64,000 nt of DNA from Ginglymostoma cirratum (GCA_024137785.1 JAHRHZ010000004.1:11418393-11482392), one strand, 5' to 3'; shown: positions 36,491 through 50,479, counted from the stretch's first letter. Notes: generated from the letters alone by a model not told the origin. Numbers and translations are program-made.

Positions 36491-37974
36491 TATTACCATT
36501 AATGTGTTCTTTCTTTTTTCTACAGTGTTCAGTTTACCTCTCTCCTTCCCTCATTCCTCTATTTCTTCTTTCTTCCCAGACCACTTGCCTGTGAAATATG
36601 CAGGTTTCCTCTCTCTCTCTCCCTCTCTGCCAAACAAAATCCTCTGACGAACGAGGAGGAGGAGGTATCCTGTATTCAAGGCAGTAGTGGAAATCCTCTA
36701 TAATTGATCATTGAGAGCTTAATCCAGACCAAAATGGCTTTAATAAAGGCCTTTTTGTGTTGCTGTGAATTCCATTAGAGACACCTCAATAGAATCCTCT
36801 ACCTTTCTCTCCAGCAAAAGAAGTCAAGAAAAATATTTGTGAACTTGCAGCCTGGTCAAGGTTATGTCTAAATACCAGAATAGCAGGTCTGTGCTCCAAT
36901 TGTGACTCACTGTTTGAGGAGGCATTACAGGAGAGGTGGCAAAAATATAGGACAAGGACTGTATTTGGTTTAATTTTGAATCTTCTTTTCACCCTGGTTA
37001 AATTATTCAAACCCCATACTTACTAACAAGCATGGAGAATTATCAGATGGGTGAGATACTGAAAAACAAAATGATCACGGATTTCAAAACAAGCTGGCAC
37101 TTTCAAGAGTGTACACAAGTGTGGTAGTGAGGAGTGGGAGTGAAGATTTAACATTTTCATAAATCATATAAAAATTGTACAATCATCCAGAGACATTGAC
37201 TATTTTTGAGCTGAGTAAAATATGTATGGAATACATAGATAACACAGCTCTGGCTCCTCTGGCTGATACTTAACAGCCTATTAAAAATTATTCTATAAAT
37301 GCACTCCCTTCCACAAAGAATTTATTAGGCTGTAACTTTAGCCAAGAATCACATGAGATAGGAAGTTGAGCCTGTCTTATGAATATCCTTTTAAATCCGA
37401 GGAAGATCTACTAAAAAATAAACTGTCCCATTAAATGAAAAGCTCTTCCATTTGTTTTAAGGATCATTTCTTGCTGATTGTGATAAAATTCCTAACGTTT
37501 CTAGATTTGTTTTTGTTTGAAAATTGATATTACCTATTTACTACTTTTTTCCTACAAATCTACCTCCCTCCGCTTGAGAAGTTGACCAGGATGTGGTTCC
37601 CCCAACACTCTGTCAACCATGTTTGCTTTTCAGGTGAATATAGACAGTTTAATCTGGTAGGCGACATCTTAGCCAAGCTCTGTGCTGTCCTTGGTCAACA
37701 TCTGTCAATCTACATACAGCATTCATCAATATAACATATAAGCACACACATTCAATCAGACAAGCACTTAGCTCCTTTGTCATGGAGGGAGGTGGTTATG
37801 AGGACCCCTTAAGAAATAAGCAAGACCTTAGATTTTAATCCATGGCACTGCATTAGAATATGACAGCACACCAAGAGAAAACATACTGGCTAAATCTAAT
37901 TAAAGAACAATTTTGGATTGATGCCAGGAAGAACTTCTTACAAACGGTGGCCAAAACCTGGAAACGTCTAAAAC

Positions 37975-38075
37975 AAAATAAGCAATAACTAATTGCTGGA
38001 GAAACTCAGCAGGTCTGGCAGCATCTGTGGAGAGAAACATAATCAACATTTTGGGCTCATTGACACTTGTTCAGA
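37975..38075 (-). mobile_element. Family-2 Penelope-like single arm inside an old CR1 tail
   Basis: AATTGCTGGAGAAACTCAGCAGGTCTGGCAGCATCTGTGGAGAGAAAC; CCTGGAAA present on both sides. Confidence 0.65.
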
Positions 38076-38639
38076 TTGGAAATCCTGGAAAACTCTTCTT
38101 GATCACCTGATGGGACTGAAACTTGAGATTTAATTTTAAAAAGTTAGGTGATGTAATGGGAAGGGAGGAGGTGGTAAATGTAAGGATTTTCAATTCTTGA
38201 TGTCCAAATTAGATTCACTTCTTGAGTTCCCTCATCTGTATTTACCTTGCAATCTTGATTTCAACTATAGCCCTTTGACTTGGATATCAAATCATAAAGT
38301 GTCACCATACAAACTGTTCAATACTGCTGGTAAGCTGAAATCACGATAAATACAAACATGGGAACAGTTAAAAAGGCCCATTTTACAGTCCAGACCATTC
38401 CATCCGCAGATCAAGCACAATCTGATTGAATGCAAGCTCAATGATTAACCTTCAGAAAATCATTTTATGCCTGTCAAAAGTCAATCAGAAAATTCTTTAC
38501 CCGTTATGCAGTTTTAGGTATTACATTCTCTTGACTCTATGTGGCAGCTTAGGAATCCTGATGTTACACGAACCATTTGATCAGCTGTACGTACTTCCAT
38601 GCATTTGGAAATTGTACCTGTCACTTCATTATTTAGGAA

Positions 38640-40030
38640 TTGTGAGAGAACGAAATTAGGAGTCAGGATATTACTACAGTATATAATTAAGGAAAGAGTG
38701 ACTGAATATCTGGAAAATTTTCAGCTGATCAAAGAGACCCAACATGGATTTGTCAAGGATGAATGATATCTGACAAACATGATCGATATTGACCAAGATC
38801 TGCTTAAAGTATAAGATGAGGGGGAGGCCTGCTGTTACTATTTGTATGAAAATCAATGAAAGTTGAATTTGAAGCTAAAGTTGAAGCTCATAGAATTGAA
38901 AGCAATTTATTTACCTGGCTAGGAAATGGAAGAAGACAGAAAGTAGAGGTAATGGATCAGTACTCTAATTGATAGAATGTAACTAGAATTAGAGTTAGGT
39001 TTACTGTCACATGTACTCAAGTGCATGCATTGAAAAGTTTACAAAGTCGCCATTTAGAGCACCATCTTGGCATGCCTTGGTGACAATGACGGTACAGTCT
39101 GGGGGCAAGGCACAGTGCAGTTGCTGAACTTTTTATTTCATTATTTTTCTAATTGATTCCTAAGATCTTGTTAGAACCTCAAATATTCACCATATGTATT
39201 AATGATTTAGATGATGGTCTAGAAAGTCAGATATCTAAGTTTGTTCATGAGAGAAGCACGTTGCATTGTGAGCAACATGAAATTACAAAGATACATTGAT
39301 CAACGAAATGGATGGGCAAAACTGTGGCAAATGGATTTCAATGGGGGTCAATGTGAAATCATCCAATTTATACCCCAAAAACATAGAACAAAAAAATTCT
39401 CTAATGTTGGAAATTTTGAACCAAAGGAGTTCCAAAGAGATCAAGGAGGTTCTTGAACTTCAATCATTAAAATATCAGGATCATGCAAAATAATCAAAAA
39501 TGCTCATGGAATTATGACATTTATATATAAAGGTCTAGAATATGAATGGGTATATGTTGGCTACAGTAAGAGCAACTCATAGTTTGCCTACATCTGGAAA
39601 ACTGTGGGACGCGTTTCAGGCACCACACCTTAATTTGGATATGTTGTCGCTGGAGTGCGATGTAAATTAACCAGAATCATGCCTGAACTACAAGGCTTAA
39701 ATCAGAGGAGAGTTATAGAAATGAGGATTGCGCTGCCTGGAATTTAAAAAGGTTAAGGGTGGTTTGATGCGAGATTTTAAGGTAATAAGGAGCACTTAGG
39801 GTAAACAAGGATGAGTTAATTCTGTTGGTTGGGAAATCTAGGTCAAGGAGCATAGTCTGTAAATTATATTCAGCTCTCCTCAGAACAAAGTTAGGGAATG
39901 GCTCCGCATTGCAAACAATTATAAATGTTCAAAGCTCTTTTCCACAAATGGCAATTGATGCAGGACCAGTTGTTAATTTGAAAGTTACGATATATAGGTT
40001 TATTTTGTTAACTAAAGGGTATTGAGCTGA
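38640..40030 (+). mobile_element. CR1 LINE RT-to-3' remnant
   Basis: IKERVTEYLENFQLIKETQHGFVK, IFTICINDLDDGLESQISKF, KLQRYID..NGWAKLWQMDFNGGQCEIIQF. Confidence 0.8.
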
Positions 40031-43000
40031 TTCATTCCTCCTCACCTGGCTACACTATGGTGCAATGCAGAAAGTGTAAGGCTTTCTTTTAGTAGGTGGA
40101 TGAGCTAAGTTGGAGGATTCCTTATTTTTGGTCTTCTTTGTTTATCTTAGGTACTTCCTTCTATCTCTTCATTGTCATCCATAATTTCCAAGATTACAAC
40201 ATTTCTCTATTATAGTGATAAATGGAACATTTTGGGATCAGCACAACCAAAGTTGAGTTACCGTTTAGAGCAGCAAGCTCAACTTTCTGACTTGTGACTG
40301 AATGGTTACTATTAATTATTTTTGCATGGAGCAAACAATTCAGGCTAGTCTTTGGTTTTTCCCAAGTCCAGGCTCCTGCCTAGTTCTTAGTGTTTATGAC
40401 AGGATGTAATTAATGCATTATGTTGGCAGAGTCTGACGGTAAAACAATGAAAGCTCATACTTTCAGGCTACTAACAATCTAAATTTTCATTATGTTTTAA
40501 GCGTTCTCAAAGTTCAGCAATTAAGTCATTATCTTTTGAGAAAGTGCTGGAAGCATGTATTCATTTGCTTGCAGTGAGTAGCACTGAACAAGTCCCATTT
40601 CCTCCAGCAACACCAACTACAGAAATATTTGCTGTATTTCTCATTTCTTCGAAGAAACTACTCGTGCTGCTCGGGTGAAGTTCACTCTTGAAATAGATTG
40701 TTGCTTGATTTGCGGGAAAGCATTTGAGGGTTCATTTTGACTTGTGTTGGGAAGTGTATTGGGGCACTTCTTAACATTAAAGGTGTAAATTTGTGGTTGA
40801 ATGTTTGATTTTCCTGTTAAGGTGAGTACTGCCTAGTTTCCAGATGACTGAGGATCAACTAAGCAGTCATTTTTTGGTCTTTGAAATGTGAACTGTACAG
40901 GTTCAGTTTCTGATTATGTTTGTCCACTGTGTGCAGACGGTCTCTCTGAATGAGACTTGTCATGTTTAATATGAACATGACTGTTTTATTAATGCATGTA
41001 ACAGTTTCCCTTTTAAATACCATCCTTCTATCCTGATATTAAACTTGAAACCTAGTGTATGGTCTGGAAAATAAATAGGTTCAGCTCTGCCTGTTTGATT
41101 GCACTGGAAATTATGGAATATCTTTCTCAGATTTGTACCTGGTGTTGGAATTGTCAACTTGCAATCCCAGCTGTGAGCGTCATTTGGGGATTGCTAGGAA
41201 ATTGCATGTTGCCAACATTAGTCATTGTCTTCCAAAGTAATCAAGGTATGTTTTAATGTATTCAGTAAGCTGTGCATTCTGTCCTAGGCATTGTATCTCA
41301 GGAAAAATCTATAGCTTTCAGAAGGGATGCAGATTTGCTCAGTTCCCTGGATGACTCGAGTCTAATGCAGAATGATACCAGTTATGTTTGTTTGTAAAAT
41401 CTTTGCTTTATCCCACGTTTGTCTCTCAAACTTTACATAACTAATTATCTCTGAAGGAGAGAGAGATGCCTATAATCTGCGTGGACCATGGCTAATTCCA
41501 ATGGGGAAGTGAGTGCAGTGCAAATTCACCAAAATTACATCAGTGATAAATTATGAGGATAGGGTCATGATAAACTGGCTTTGATTACTAGAGTTTAAAC
41601 CATTTGTTGTGTTAAGTTTCATGTCGGGACCAAACAAGTCCGAAATGTCCAACAGTTAGTATAATCCTCCTAATAACAGTCTCTTACTTGGCTACTACAG
41701 GGTCTACCATGTTATAGATGGAGGGTTGGCTGTCCACAGCCATTGCAATCAAGGATCCAACAGTTCTTGAGCCTCCCGCGGGAAGCCACTGGGAAAGATA
41801 CCGCCCTGTAACTGCTGACCTCCCAGTGCATCAGGAGAGTACTCCACTGCTGGCAAAAATGGGACCCCAAACTTGAACCTGTTGTCTGCCCTCCCATTCC
41901 GCAGCACTGCAAACATTCTCTGTACCCACAAGCTACTTTGAAGGCTGGTTTTCGAAGGAGACTGTTTCAAAGAAAACCTTGTCTTTTTTTCACTCACCTT
42001 TAAAATCCAAGGTGTAATAACTTCTCAGCAGAGTCTGGGGAATTTAATGAATGGTACAATTTGGTTATCTTTAACAGGCCTGCGCTCAAAAAGCTCCTCA
42101 GCTTAGAAACATAGTAGATCAATTTTAGGAATAAGCCAACAATTTTTGTTTGTGTGTTAATTTCCCCTTTTCCTAATTTAAGTGCTTCCACCCACACAAA
42201 CTGCTCTCCGCTCCCTCTCACCTTAATGTATCTCCCAAGGTTAGGCTGACGTATCTTCAATGCTACTCTAGATATCTGGGGAATGAGGTACATGTAGAGT
42301 CCCTTTGGCAGCCCTCTGACTTGTGTGAAGATGAATTGAGCCTCAATGGCCTACTACGTGTTGAGGATTGTTTAGCAGGGCTTGGGATGACAGCTGTGGC
42401 CTGGAGGGATCTGCCACATTTGCTGCAAATAAAAAAAAGTGAGCTGAGCAGGTACAGGAGTCACTGGCCTCAGATTTTCTGGGCTGTCTTTCGGTCAGCT
42501 CAGCATTCTGTTTCGCTTTATGGGGAACCCCAATGATTTACTTGTCATTCCATGGACTGTGTTACATTGCAACTCAAAGTGATACTTTAATGTGCATGTA
42601 AGTTGCACTTTTCCACTTCACTTATTCCACAACATTCAGGACTTGAGCTGTACATTTTTACCAAAATTAACAATCTAGATTGTCAACATTTATATGTCGG
42701 TCGTCTTTGGCCAGAAAGACAATGTTATGAATTTTGAAGTGCAGACTGACAGCAGTAATATGGGACTGGACACATTGGCTAGCCCCGTGATCTGATATAA
42801 CCTACAATATGTCACAAGAGAGATTTTTTGAAGATAACTATTCTTACTCTGAAATACATCAATGAAGATATTAAGCTGTGATTAACTCAGGTCATAGGAC
42901 AATCCATGATCAGCAACAAGCCAAAGCCACAGTTTACCTATAGGCAATTCAGAACTGGTTTGGCGCTTCTGAATATCACATTTGAATTTTATCTTTAGAT

Positions 43001-43084
43001 TCGGCCAGAATTTATTGCCCTTCCCTCATAAGGCTGATGGTGCTAGACAGAGTACATTGCATCTTCATCATTGGAGAAACTGTA

Positions 43085-43365
43085 GTGGAGACTATCATTC
43101 CTGGTGTATTCCCCTGTGACAGTGCCCTATCTAATCAGTCTACCTTCTTGTTCTGAGTTTAACCATTAATTAAGATTGACAGTTAACTGCTCAACAGCTC
43201 CAAGCCAACCACAGTTGGACCAATCAGCACCCTCTTCTCAATCTGTTTAAATTGCTGCTCTCTTTCCAAGTTTGGTTTCATGCTTCTTGGTCCCAAAGAA
43301 TAAAAGGTGAAAAAAACCTTCAACCTTGTCACTCTTTATAGTAATGTTTAAATTGTGTCCTACCG
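43085..43365 (+). mobile_element. Dispersed repeat, family 4 (Penelope-like terminus, eroded hammerhead)
   Basis: CCAATCAGCACCCTCTTCTCA and AAGATTGACAGTTAACTG occur exactly in reverse complement within 57286-57555. Confidence 0.55.
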
Positions 43366-43469
43366 ATCAATCCCGAACGTGTTAATATTTTAACAAGGAC
43401 AAATGTATCTCAAAGGCAGTTAGGAGTGGGCAATAATTGCTGGCCCAGCCAATAACTTTTTTTTTTTTA

Positions 43470-43820
43470 AAATTCATTCATTCTCAAAATATAGTGATGC
43501 TGGCTAGACCAGAGTTTATTGTCCACTCTTAATTGCCCAGAGGGCAGTTAAGTGTGAAAAATTGCTGTGGGCCTGGAGTCACATGTAGGCCAGACCAGGT
43601 AAGGATGGCAGTTTCCTTCTCTAAAGGACATTAGTGGAGCAAATGGGTTTCTTTTTCCCCCTTGGCATAGGGTATGGTTTTATGTGCAACATTAGACTTT
43701 TAATTCCAGATTTTTATTGAATTTAAACTCTACCCTCAATGGCAGGACTTGAACCCAGAACATTACCTGGGACACTGCATTAATAGTTTAGTGACAATGC
43801 CAATATGCCATTGTTTCACC
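43470..43820 (-). mobile_element. tRNA-derived SINE, family B
   Basis: CTGGAGTCACATGTAGGCCAGACCAGGTAAGGATGGCAGTTTCCTTCTCTAAAGGACATTAGTG. Confidence 0.8.
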
Positions 43821-43981
43821 ACAATGGCTAAAACCCATGACTAAATAGGTAAATAATATATTCTCCTGTATGAATTTTAGGAGAAAAATCTACAAAGGGA
43901 ATTGATAATATTCATGTTTGCACCCTCCTTACTGAAGAAAATTAAAAAAAACACTTTGACACAAAATTTAGAATTGCATCC

Positions 43982-43985
43982 TGTG

Positions 43986-44036
<51 letters not shown>

Positions 44037-44058
44037 TTGTGCGCACGTGTGTGTGTGT
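43982..44058. repeat. (TG)n microsatellite with periodic TTTG interruptions (18-bp higher-order unit)
   Basis: Directly visible. Confidence 0.95.
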
Positions 44059-44209
44059 TGTATATGTGGGTGCGTGTACTGAAAACTGTCGAGCTTTGTT
44101 TAAGAGACCACAAAGCAATATTTGCCACTGATTATGAATTGCATCTTTTTTTCCAGGTATTGAGCATTAACTCCACATTCACTTGTGCTCACATAATAAC
44201 AAACAAAAG

Positions 44210-44400
44210 CTGAGTTGATTGAATTTGGAGTGTATGATTGTAATGTATGTTTCTGTAAATACTGAGGTTAGCATGAAAGACTCTCCTTCTCAATCTTACC
44301 CCTTGTCTGAGGTATGGTGACCCTTAGGTTAACCCACCACCAGTCATCTCTCTCTAATGGGAGAGTAACTGTATGGTCTGGTAAAACCATGGTGACTTTA
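44210..44400 (+). mobile_element. Short SINE-like repeat (family D)
   Basis: CCCCTTGTCTGAGGTATGGTGACCCTTAGGTTAACCCACCACCAGTC is the approximate reverse complement of the core of 56160-56292. Confidence 0.6.
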
Positions 44401-45715
44401 TTTATTTGTCAATGGAAAACATATAAACCTGATAAAGATTAGGCTCGGTTCCATCCTTCACTGAGTTTTTTTTTTGATAGGTGACACTAATGGAGCACTA
44501 GCAATCACCCAGACACTTTTAAGCAGCTGAAGTTGGTAACAGTGATGGTTGGGAACCCAGTGTAACACAGGCAAGTCAGCCGACTTGTCTGCAATGTTCT
44601 TCCTCGACAGCACCATCTGCTATGTGTTTAAACAGCACGATCCCAAGAGAGAAGCTGCAATCTGAAGATCTGACTGTTCAAACGTTTCACAAATAGAGGA
44701 AAGTGGATGGTTTGCTTATACCCCAGTGATGTCCCCTGACAGTATGATGGTGTTTAGTTTATTTAATTTCATTTAGAAGAGGGAGGTGACGAGAAGGGAT
44801 TTGTCATGTTGGATCAATGCATAGGAAATAGGACTTGCTCTTGTGTGTACATTATCTCACCACAACATGTCATTAGAAAACTAACTTAAGTTTGAGTGCA
44901 AGCGGAATGAAAATGAAAGGTGAAAATAAAAAGTTCTATCTTGATCTGCACCATTTTTGACTCCAGCAGCTGTTTGGGGTGAGAGGTAAGAATGATGTTG
45001 TTTGTACCTGAGACCCCATTCACCCATCCCTCTACCAGTATGAGACAAAGCAGTTCCTGCAACCATGACTCAAACCACTGAGGCCCTAAACTTTGGAATT
45101 CCTCCATAAAATCAGCTTCTTTATCTTTTTTTTTTGTTTTGCTCAGAATTCTCTACCCTAGAGAGTTGTGGATGTTTCTTTGTTGAATGCATTTCAGGCT
45201 GGGAATGGATATTTGGTCTTTCAAAATCAAGGGAGTTCTGGAATGGTTGGGAAAGAGGAGTTGAAGCCTGAAATGAGCCATGACTGTATTGAATGGCAGA
45301 ACCCAGTCTCAAAAGGCCATATGGTCTACTCTTGCTCCTACTTCTTGTGTTGAAGCCATTCCTCTCTCACCAATTGTTTGGTTACATCTCCTAATATCTC
45401 CTTATGTCACTTAAATTCAATGAAGTGCATTGGAACATTTTACGATGTTAAAGATGTTATGTGCAGTTGCTTGATTGTCAAAATCAGATAAAATTACATT
45501 CTACTTGCTTCAAAATTGTCAGCTATTCCATTGGCAGAATAGAAAATCCATGAGAAGGATGCCCAATTAGAGGTCCGAATTCCAGATTGGTAGAACTGGT
45601 TGAGCCAAGCTCATCGTGTGACCGTGCCAACTCAGAGCAGAGGTAAGCCAAACCAAAACAACAAATCACCAACAAGCCATCAGTCAAAATCAAGCTCTTC
45701 ATGGGAAGCTGGGCA

Positions 45716-47141
45716 ATGACGGCTAAATCCATGAGAAAGTTTGAAGTGTTGCCATTTAGAGACAAAATGATGATACAATAAGTAGAAATCTGCAGACCAA
45801 AGCAAGAAGTGAACATTGTGAAGAAATGGGAGACTCCAATGTTGAGTTTGTCAACTAATCTGAACCACAAAGTGAAAATTTTGGGATGATTTGACAAACC
45901 ATCATTCCCTACAACATCGGTCTATCCCAATATCGAAGGCTCTGTCCTAATGTGTTTCAAGGCATCTTGAGTCAAGATCATTTCCATTTCCAGTCCAATC
46001 CTGCAGGAGAGGGGAGCTATCTTGGCAAAGAGGCTGGATCATTGGGAATTCAGCTGCAGTGATGGATGGGCCTGGAGCAATTCAAGACAAGGCACAGCAT
46101 TGTCTACTGGGCAGTCAGTCATGTCAATACGATGCGATGGCAGCAATGGCAGATGATTGACTGCAAAATGATCTTGCACATGCCCTGAACAAGTAAGAGC
46201 TAAGGAAATTTTTTCATGTGGTTTAAACCAAATTGTTTTACCAACTTTTAACAGATCGCTACTTAATGTGCACCAACATGGATAGCACTGAAAAGCTGCC
46301 ACTTCCTGTGAAAGGAAAGTCTAAGAAGCTTTGCCAATGTCAAGATGCAATCCATGCAATATGAGAATGACGAAATGCCAGGATGACCCCCAGCATTTTC
46401 AAACTATGGATCAGAGCAGTGGGCAAAATATATCAGCGCAAGAAAAGGATGTTTATCACCATTACAGGTGTAATGTATACCCTGTATACTCTGACATCAT
46501 TGGCATCATGAGTTTCAAACTGATGTTTGTTCCTCCCAACACCATGGCCAAGTTCAAACTAATGAATTAGGGCTGATTAGGAATCTGAAAAATCAACTAC
46601 TGATGCCAACTCATTTCTCAGGCTATCAAAGCCATCGACCAGAATTAGGAATACAACACAACAGGTCTATGTTCATGATGAAGGATGCATGGAAGGTGTA
46701 ACAGAAGCCATAATTGCTAACTGCTTCCATTATACTGAGTTCAAACAAGTAATGACTGTGCAAGATGTTGAGGATAAGGAGGTGAGAGCAGCCAGCTTGA
46801 TGATGGGAGTCCGGATGAGAAGTTCCAATAGATCCAACCATGGAAGGTAGATGACACTATTTGCTGCACAGTGGAACTGACAGATGAGGCAATCCTTGGT
46901 GCAGTATCTTCTTCAATTGAGGAACTCAAGAAATTCAATGACTGTGAAGAGTCTATCCATCTATTCATCCACTAGTTTCCCGAGCTGTAGTTACAAAGGC
47001 CAAAGAGATGCTCCGATTTTTTGAACAGCAGTGTACTAACATAGAAAAGATGTTTGACTTCATTGAGAACATGACAGGTGTACTGTTATCATTAGTCAAA
47101 GACAGTATGCTAAGCACACAAAGATTACAAATCTTTTTTAG
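45716..47141 (+). pseudogene. Decayed Tigger/pogo-family (CENP-B-like, DDE_1) transposase
   Basis: Across stops and frameshifts: RKFEVLPFRDK...LSLSTNLNHKVKIL (N-terminal HTH), ISISSPILQERGAILAKRL..FSCSDGW/LEQFKTRHSI (CENP-B HTH), TKLFYQLL, CTNMDSTEKLPLPVKGKSKK, NARMTPSIFKLW, FVPPNTMAKFKLMN*G, DAW..VTEAIIANCF, and C-terminal KHTKITNLF* (47112-47141). Confidence 0.85.
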
Positions 47142-50100
47142 AGCTAACTCCCAACATCTTTCAGTGCTTTTTACTGCAGAAGGTCATGCCACTCATACAA
47201 ACAAATTGATACATAAATGCATTATTCACATATTTAGTGTTTTTTGTGTTTTCATTTTTTGTTTTGACAACGTGTAGGAAAATCCAGATTGCATAGGGAT
47301 CTCATTGGCTATCTCTAAGCTCTGCTTAACACAAATTATGGGCAGGCTCGATTTACCATGATTTTACTGCACATGAAAATTTTTGTTGTATTACCCTTGG
47401 TGCCATTCTGTCACTAAACATCCTAAGTAGCTTTTACTTTCTCTTGGTCCTTAACTGAAAAAACTTGTTTTACTGATATGTGGGTCAAAGTAAACCATTT
47501 TCTGAGATCATTTACTGCCCTAACCACATTTCCAAATGCGCCTTTTGACAATGGCTTTTTTTTCCCACAAAGGGCTTACAAATCACGAATGTTTGAATAT
47601 GAAAAGGTTAAAAATGAAGTGAAAGCTTGTATTATTAATTCTGCTCTCAACCCGCTCTCCCCCACCCCCAACTTTCCATTCAAATGAATTCACTTTAAAA
47701 TCCAGCAAAAAATTCTGTCAAGGAAAAGTGAGAGTGTACTTGGTTTCAAGCTCCCTCTGCTCCAAAGAGTCTCACCCATTGAATAAGTGAATTAAACTCC
47801 TCAGAGACAGGGGAGAAGTAAGTCAGGGACAAAGGGCAAACAGTGAAAAATGAAAACTGTTACCAATGCAGAGAAACAGATGTGGAACTCCACTGAAGGA
47901 AAGTGGAGAAGACTACTATATGAAGACAGGACAGAAAGCAGATTTACAGTTTAGAAGAATAAAAGTTACTTAGATCTGTGGTTCAGCAGCAGATATCATC
48001 ATTTGTTTACAGTGTCTAATGGGTTATAGAGTAGACAATGTCAAGGTATCACAAGTGCCTACAGACATTTAAAAAACAGATAATTATATATTGGAAGAAG
48101 AGGGGGCAAATTAGATTCTAAGGTTGCCAGCATGACCATCCATCCTTTCACTGCCCATTAACGTGGGCCAGGGGCAAGATTTACTGTCTGAGGTCAAATT
48201 CATGAGCTGCCAACGATGAGTAGGTTTGGCTGATGAAGGAGACGGGGAGCTTTTCTTTTACCATGAGCAAGTAGCTTGTAAATTCTGCTACTTAAAATGG
48301 CTTGTTTGACACAAATTCAGCTATTGTCCTAAACATCAAACTTTGGACCACAGTCCAAAACTGGGACACTTCTGCTCAAAGCATCTTCTCTGGGATTTTG
48401 TCTTGATGTTTTAGCATATGCAGCATTATAAAGATAGAAGTTTAGCAGATGTTGCAATAATGAGAATTTGCGGTATCATTTGCTTCTGACTTATTCGCCC
48501 TGTCAGAACATACACTGATGGTGTGGAATTGTAACTTATCTTCTGCTCTATTTAAATCTCTTAATAGACAGGACGGAAAAGGACTGTGAATGATTGGAGG
48601 ACTACTGAGACATTTCAATGAAATTGAAGTTAAATGCTAGTCATGGTATTCAGGTCAAGGTTGTGCTCATGATAACCTTTTGGGGAACTTGCTATTGATT
48701 ATTTCATAATCAAGCAACTTCTCTCCATTAATACTCCTCTTGTTATAGAGGAGGCTTGGAAACCAGAAGCTGCCCACTGTAGTTCATAGGTGACGAGCAA
48801 CAAATTCCAGCAAAGTCTCTAAAACTGCGCAGTCTCTGGACTTCAGTCTCTCTCCAATACCCCATCCATCTCCTTCATCTTCTCAAATAAATCTTTGCAG
48901 TGATTGCCAGCCGCTTCTTCAACCATGGATTCTGTTACCAATTTGTTACTCATCAGGCAACATGTGAGTTCCAGCAGGAATCGAGCTGATCAAGAGCATG
49001 TCCATGACTAATGACCAGAGGTCCTTCATGCAACAGATGGTCAATGTTAGCTCTGAATCCTAAGGCAGGCACTGCAGGCAAAAACATTAGCATTCTCCAA
49101 AGAGCCATTTGTAGGCTGGGTTAAAGAAGGATTTTGATTCTTTCAGGATTGAGAACCTGAATGATCAGAGGAGACTTCCTCATTCACTTTTATCTCATCA
49201 TTTTGAATGGACTTTGACCTAAATTGTTACATTGCTGACAAACTGAAAATCTAGACCAACATCAGGAAAAAAGAGCTTCCAGGAAATAATTGCTTTTCCA
49301 CTTATCTGATTTTGTATTTATTCATTTCAGTTACCAGTTCTAGATTTATCCCCGAGAACAGAAGATTGGATAGTTCACTTATTTTTACTCCTGACAGCTA
49401 GATTTACAACCATCTTAGATTGTTGGAGTAAAGGTCTACTCCACTTGTAAATATCCTACAAAGGGTAAATTTAAGGTCTTGCAGAGAACCATCCCTAATT
49501 TGGCATCAGAATGGCATCCTTACTTCAATGGCTGCCGTGGAAAATGAAAATGGTTAAAATGAGGCACTCTTAATACAGTTTAATGAGAATTTTACTCTGC
49601 AGCTTTACTAGACTGGAAATATTTAGTACTGTCATTATGTCCTTTAAATAAGAAGGTAGTCCATTTCTCAGGATTAACATGTCTTTCTCTGTACAATCCC
49701 AAAAATCTCTTTACTTCCCCTTCAAGGAATAATGATTGCTGATACTCCAATATGCCCCAGCCATTCAATTTCCATGAGAAATTGAAGTTGTGTCAAAATT
49801 GGAAATTGCTAGCAAGTCTTTTGTAAGTCACCTCCTGAGTTTGTTATGTCCTCATTACAATGAAGTGGTTATCTTTTCACCTGTACAGAAAATTGCAACT
49901 TATTTGTTTTAAAGTCAACACAAAGAAAGCAGAAATCTTGCAATGAGGACAAAAGGGTTAACAAATTATTCTGAAGTCCTTCCCCTTTCTGGGTTGATAT
50001 GATTGGAAGAAATATGCTGTGATATTTTCTTCCCATCATCTATCATTAGCTTCCAATCCTATCAGAGGTTAAGTAACAAGCTGGTGTGCTATCGTCCAGA

Positions 50101-50479
50101 CACACAGACAGAAACTCTCAATCAACACCTCTGTGATAGCATTTATTCTTCGGAGGCAAGGGAAACTGAGTGAGGAAGCCAAAAGTGCTTGTGTCGGAGC
50201 TGCATGTTTGTTTCTTGTGTAGTAGCTGGAGGAAAAACAGCACAGAGGTTCTAAAAGTGTTGAGCAACTATATACTGTCTGCTACATTTACTTTTAATGC
50301 CAGCTAGGTCTGAGCCTCAATTTGTAAGAAGTGAATAAACTATATGTTTCACTGCATGTTTCCAAATCTGCAACAAGAAAAATCACTTGGCAGAAATTCA
50401 TGGTGAAATATTTGGATATGTCAATTGTTGTGTTCTCAGCTGTCTTGAGGCAGATTGATAGATATTTTTTAATCTGGTG

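Noticed and set aside
43877-44213. ORFs with HTHTHK / VCVCVC repeats
   Set aside because: Translations of the (TG)n microsatellite.
48930-48960. CTGATGAG on the minus strand as another hammerhead
   Set aside because: No stem II or GAAA box at an appropriate distance.
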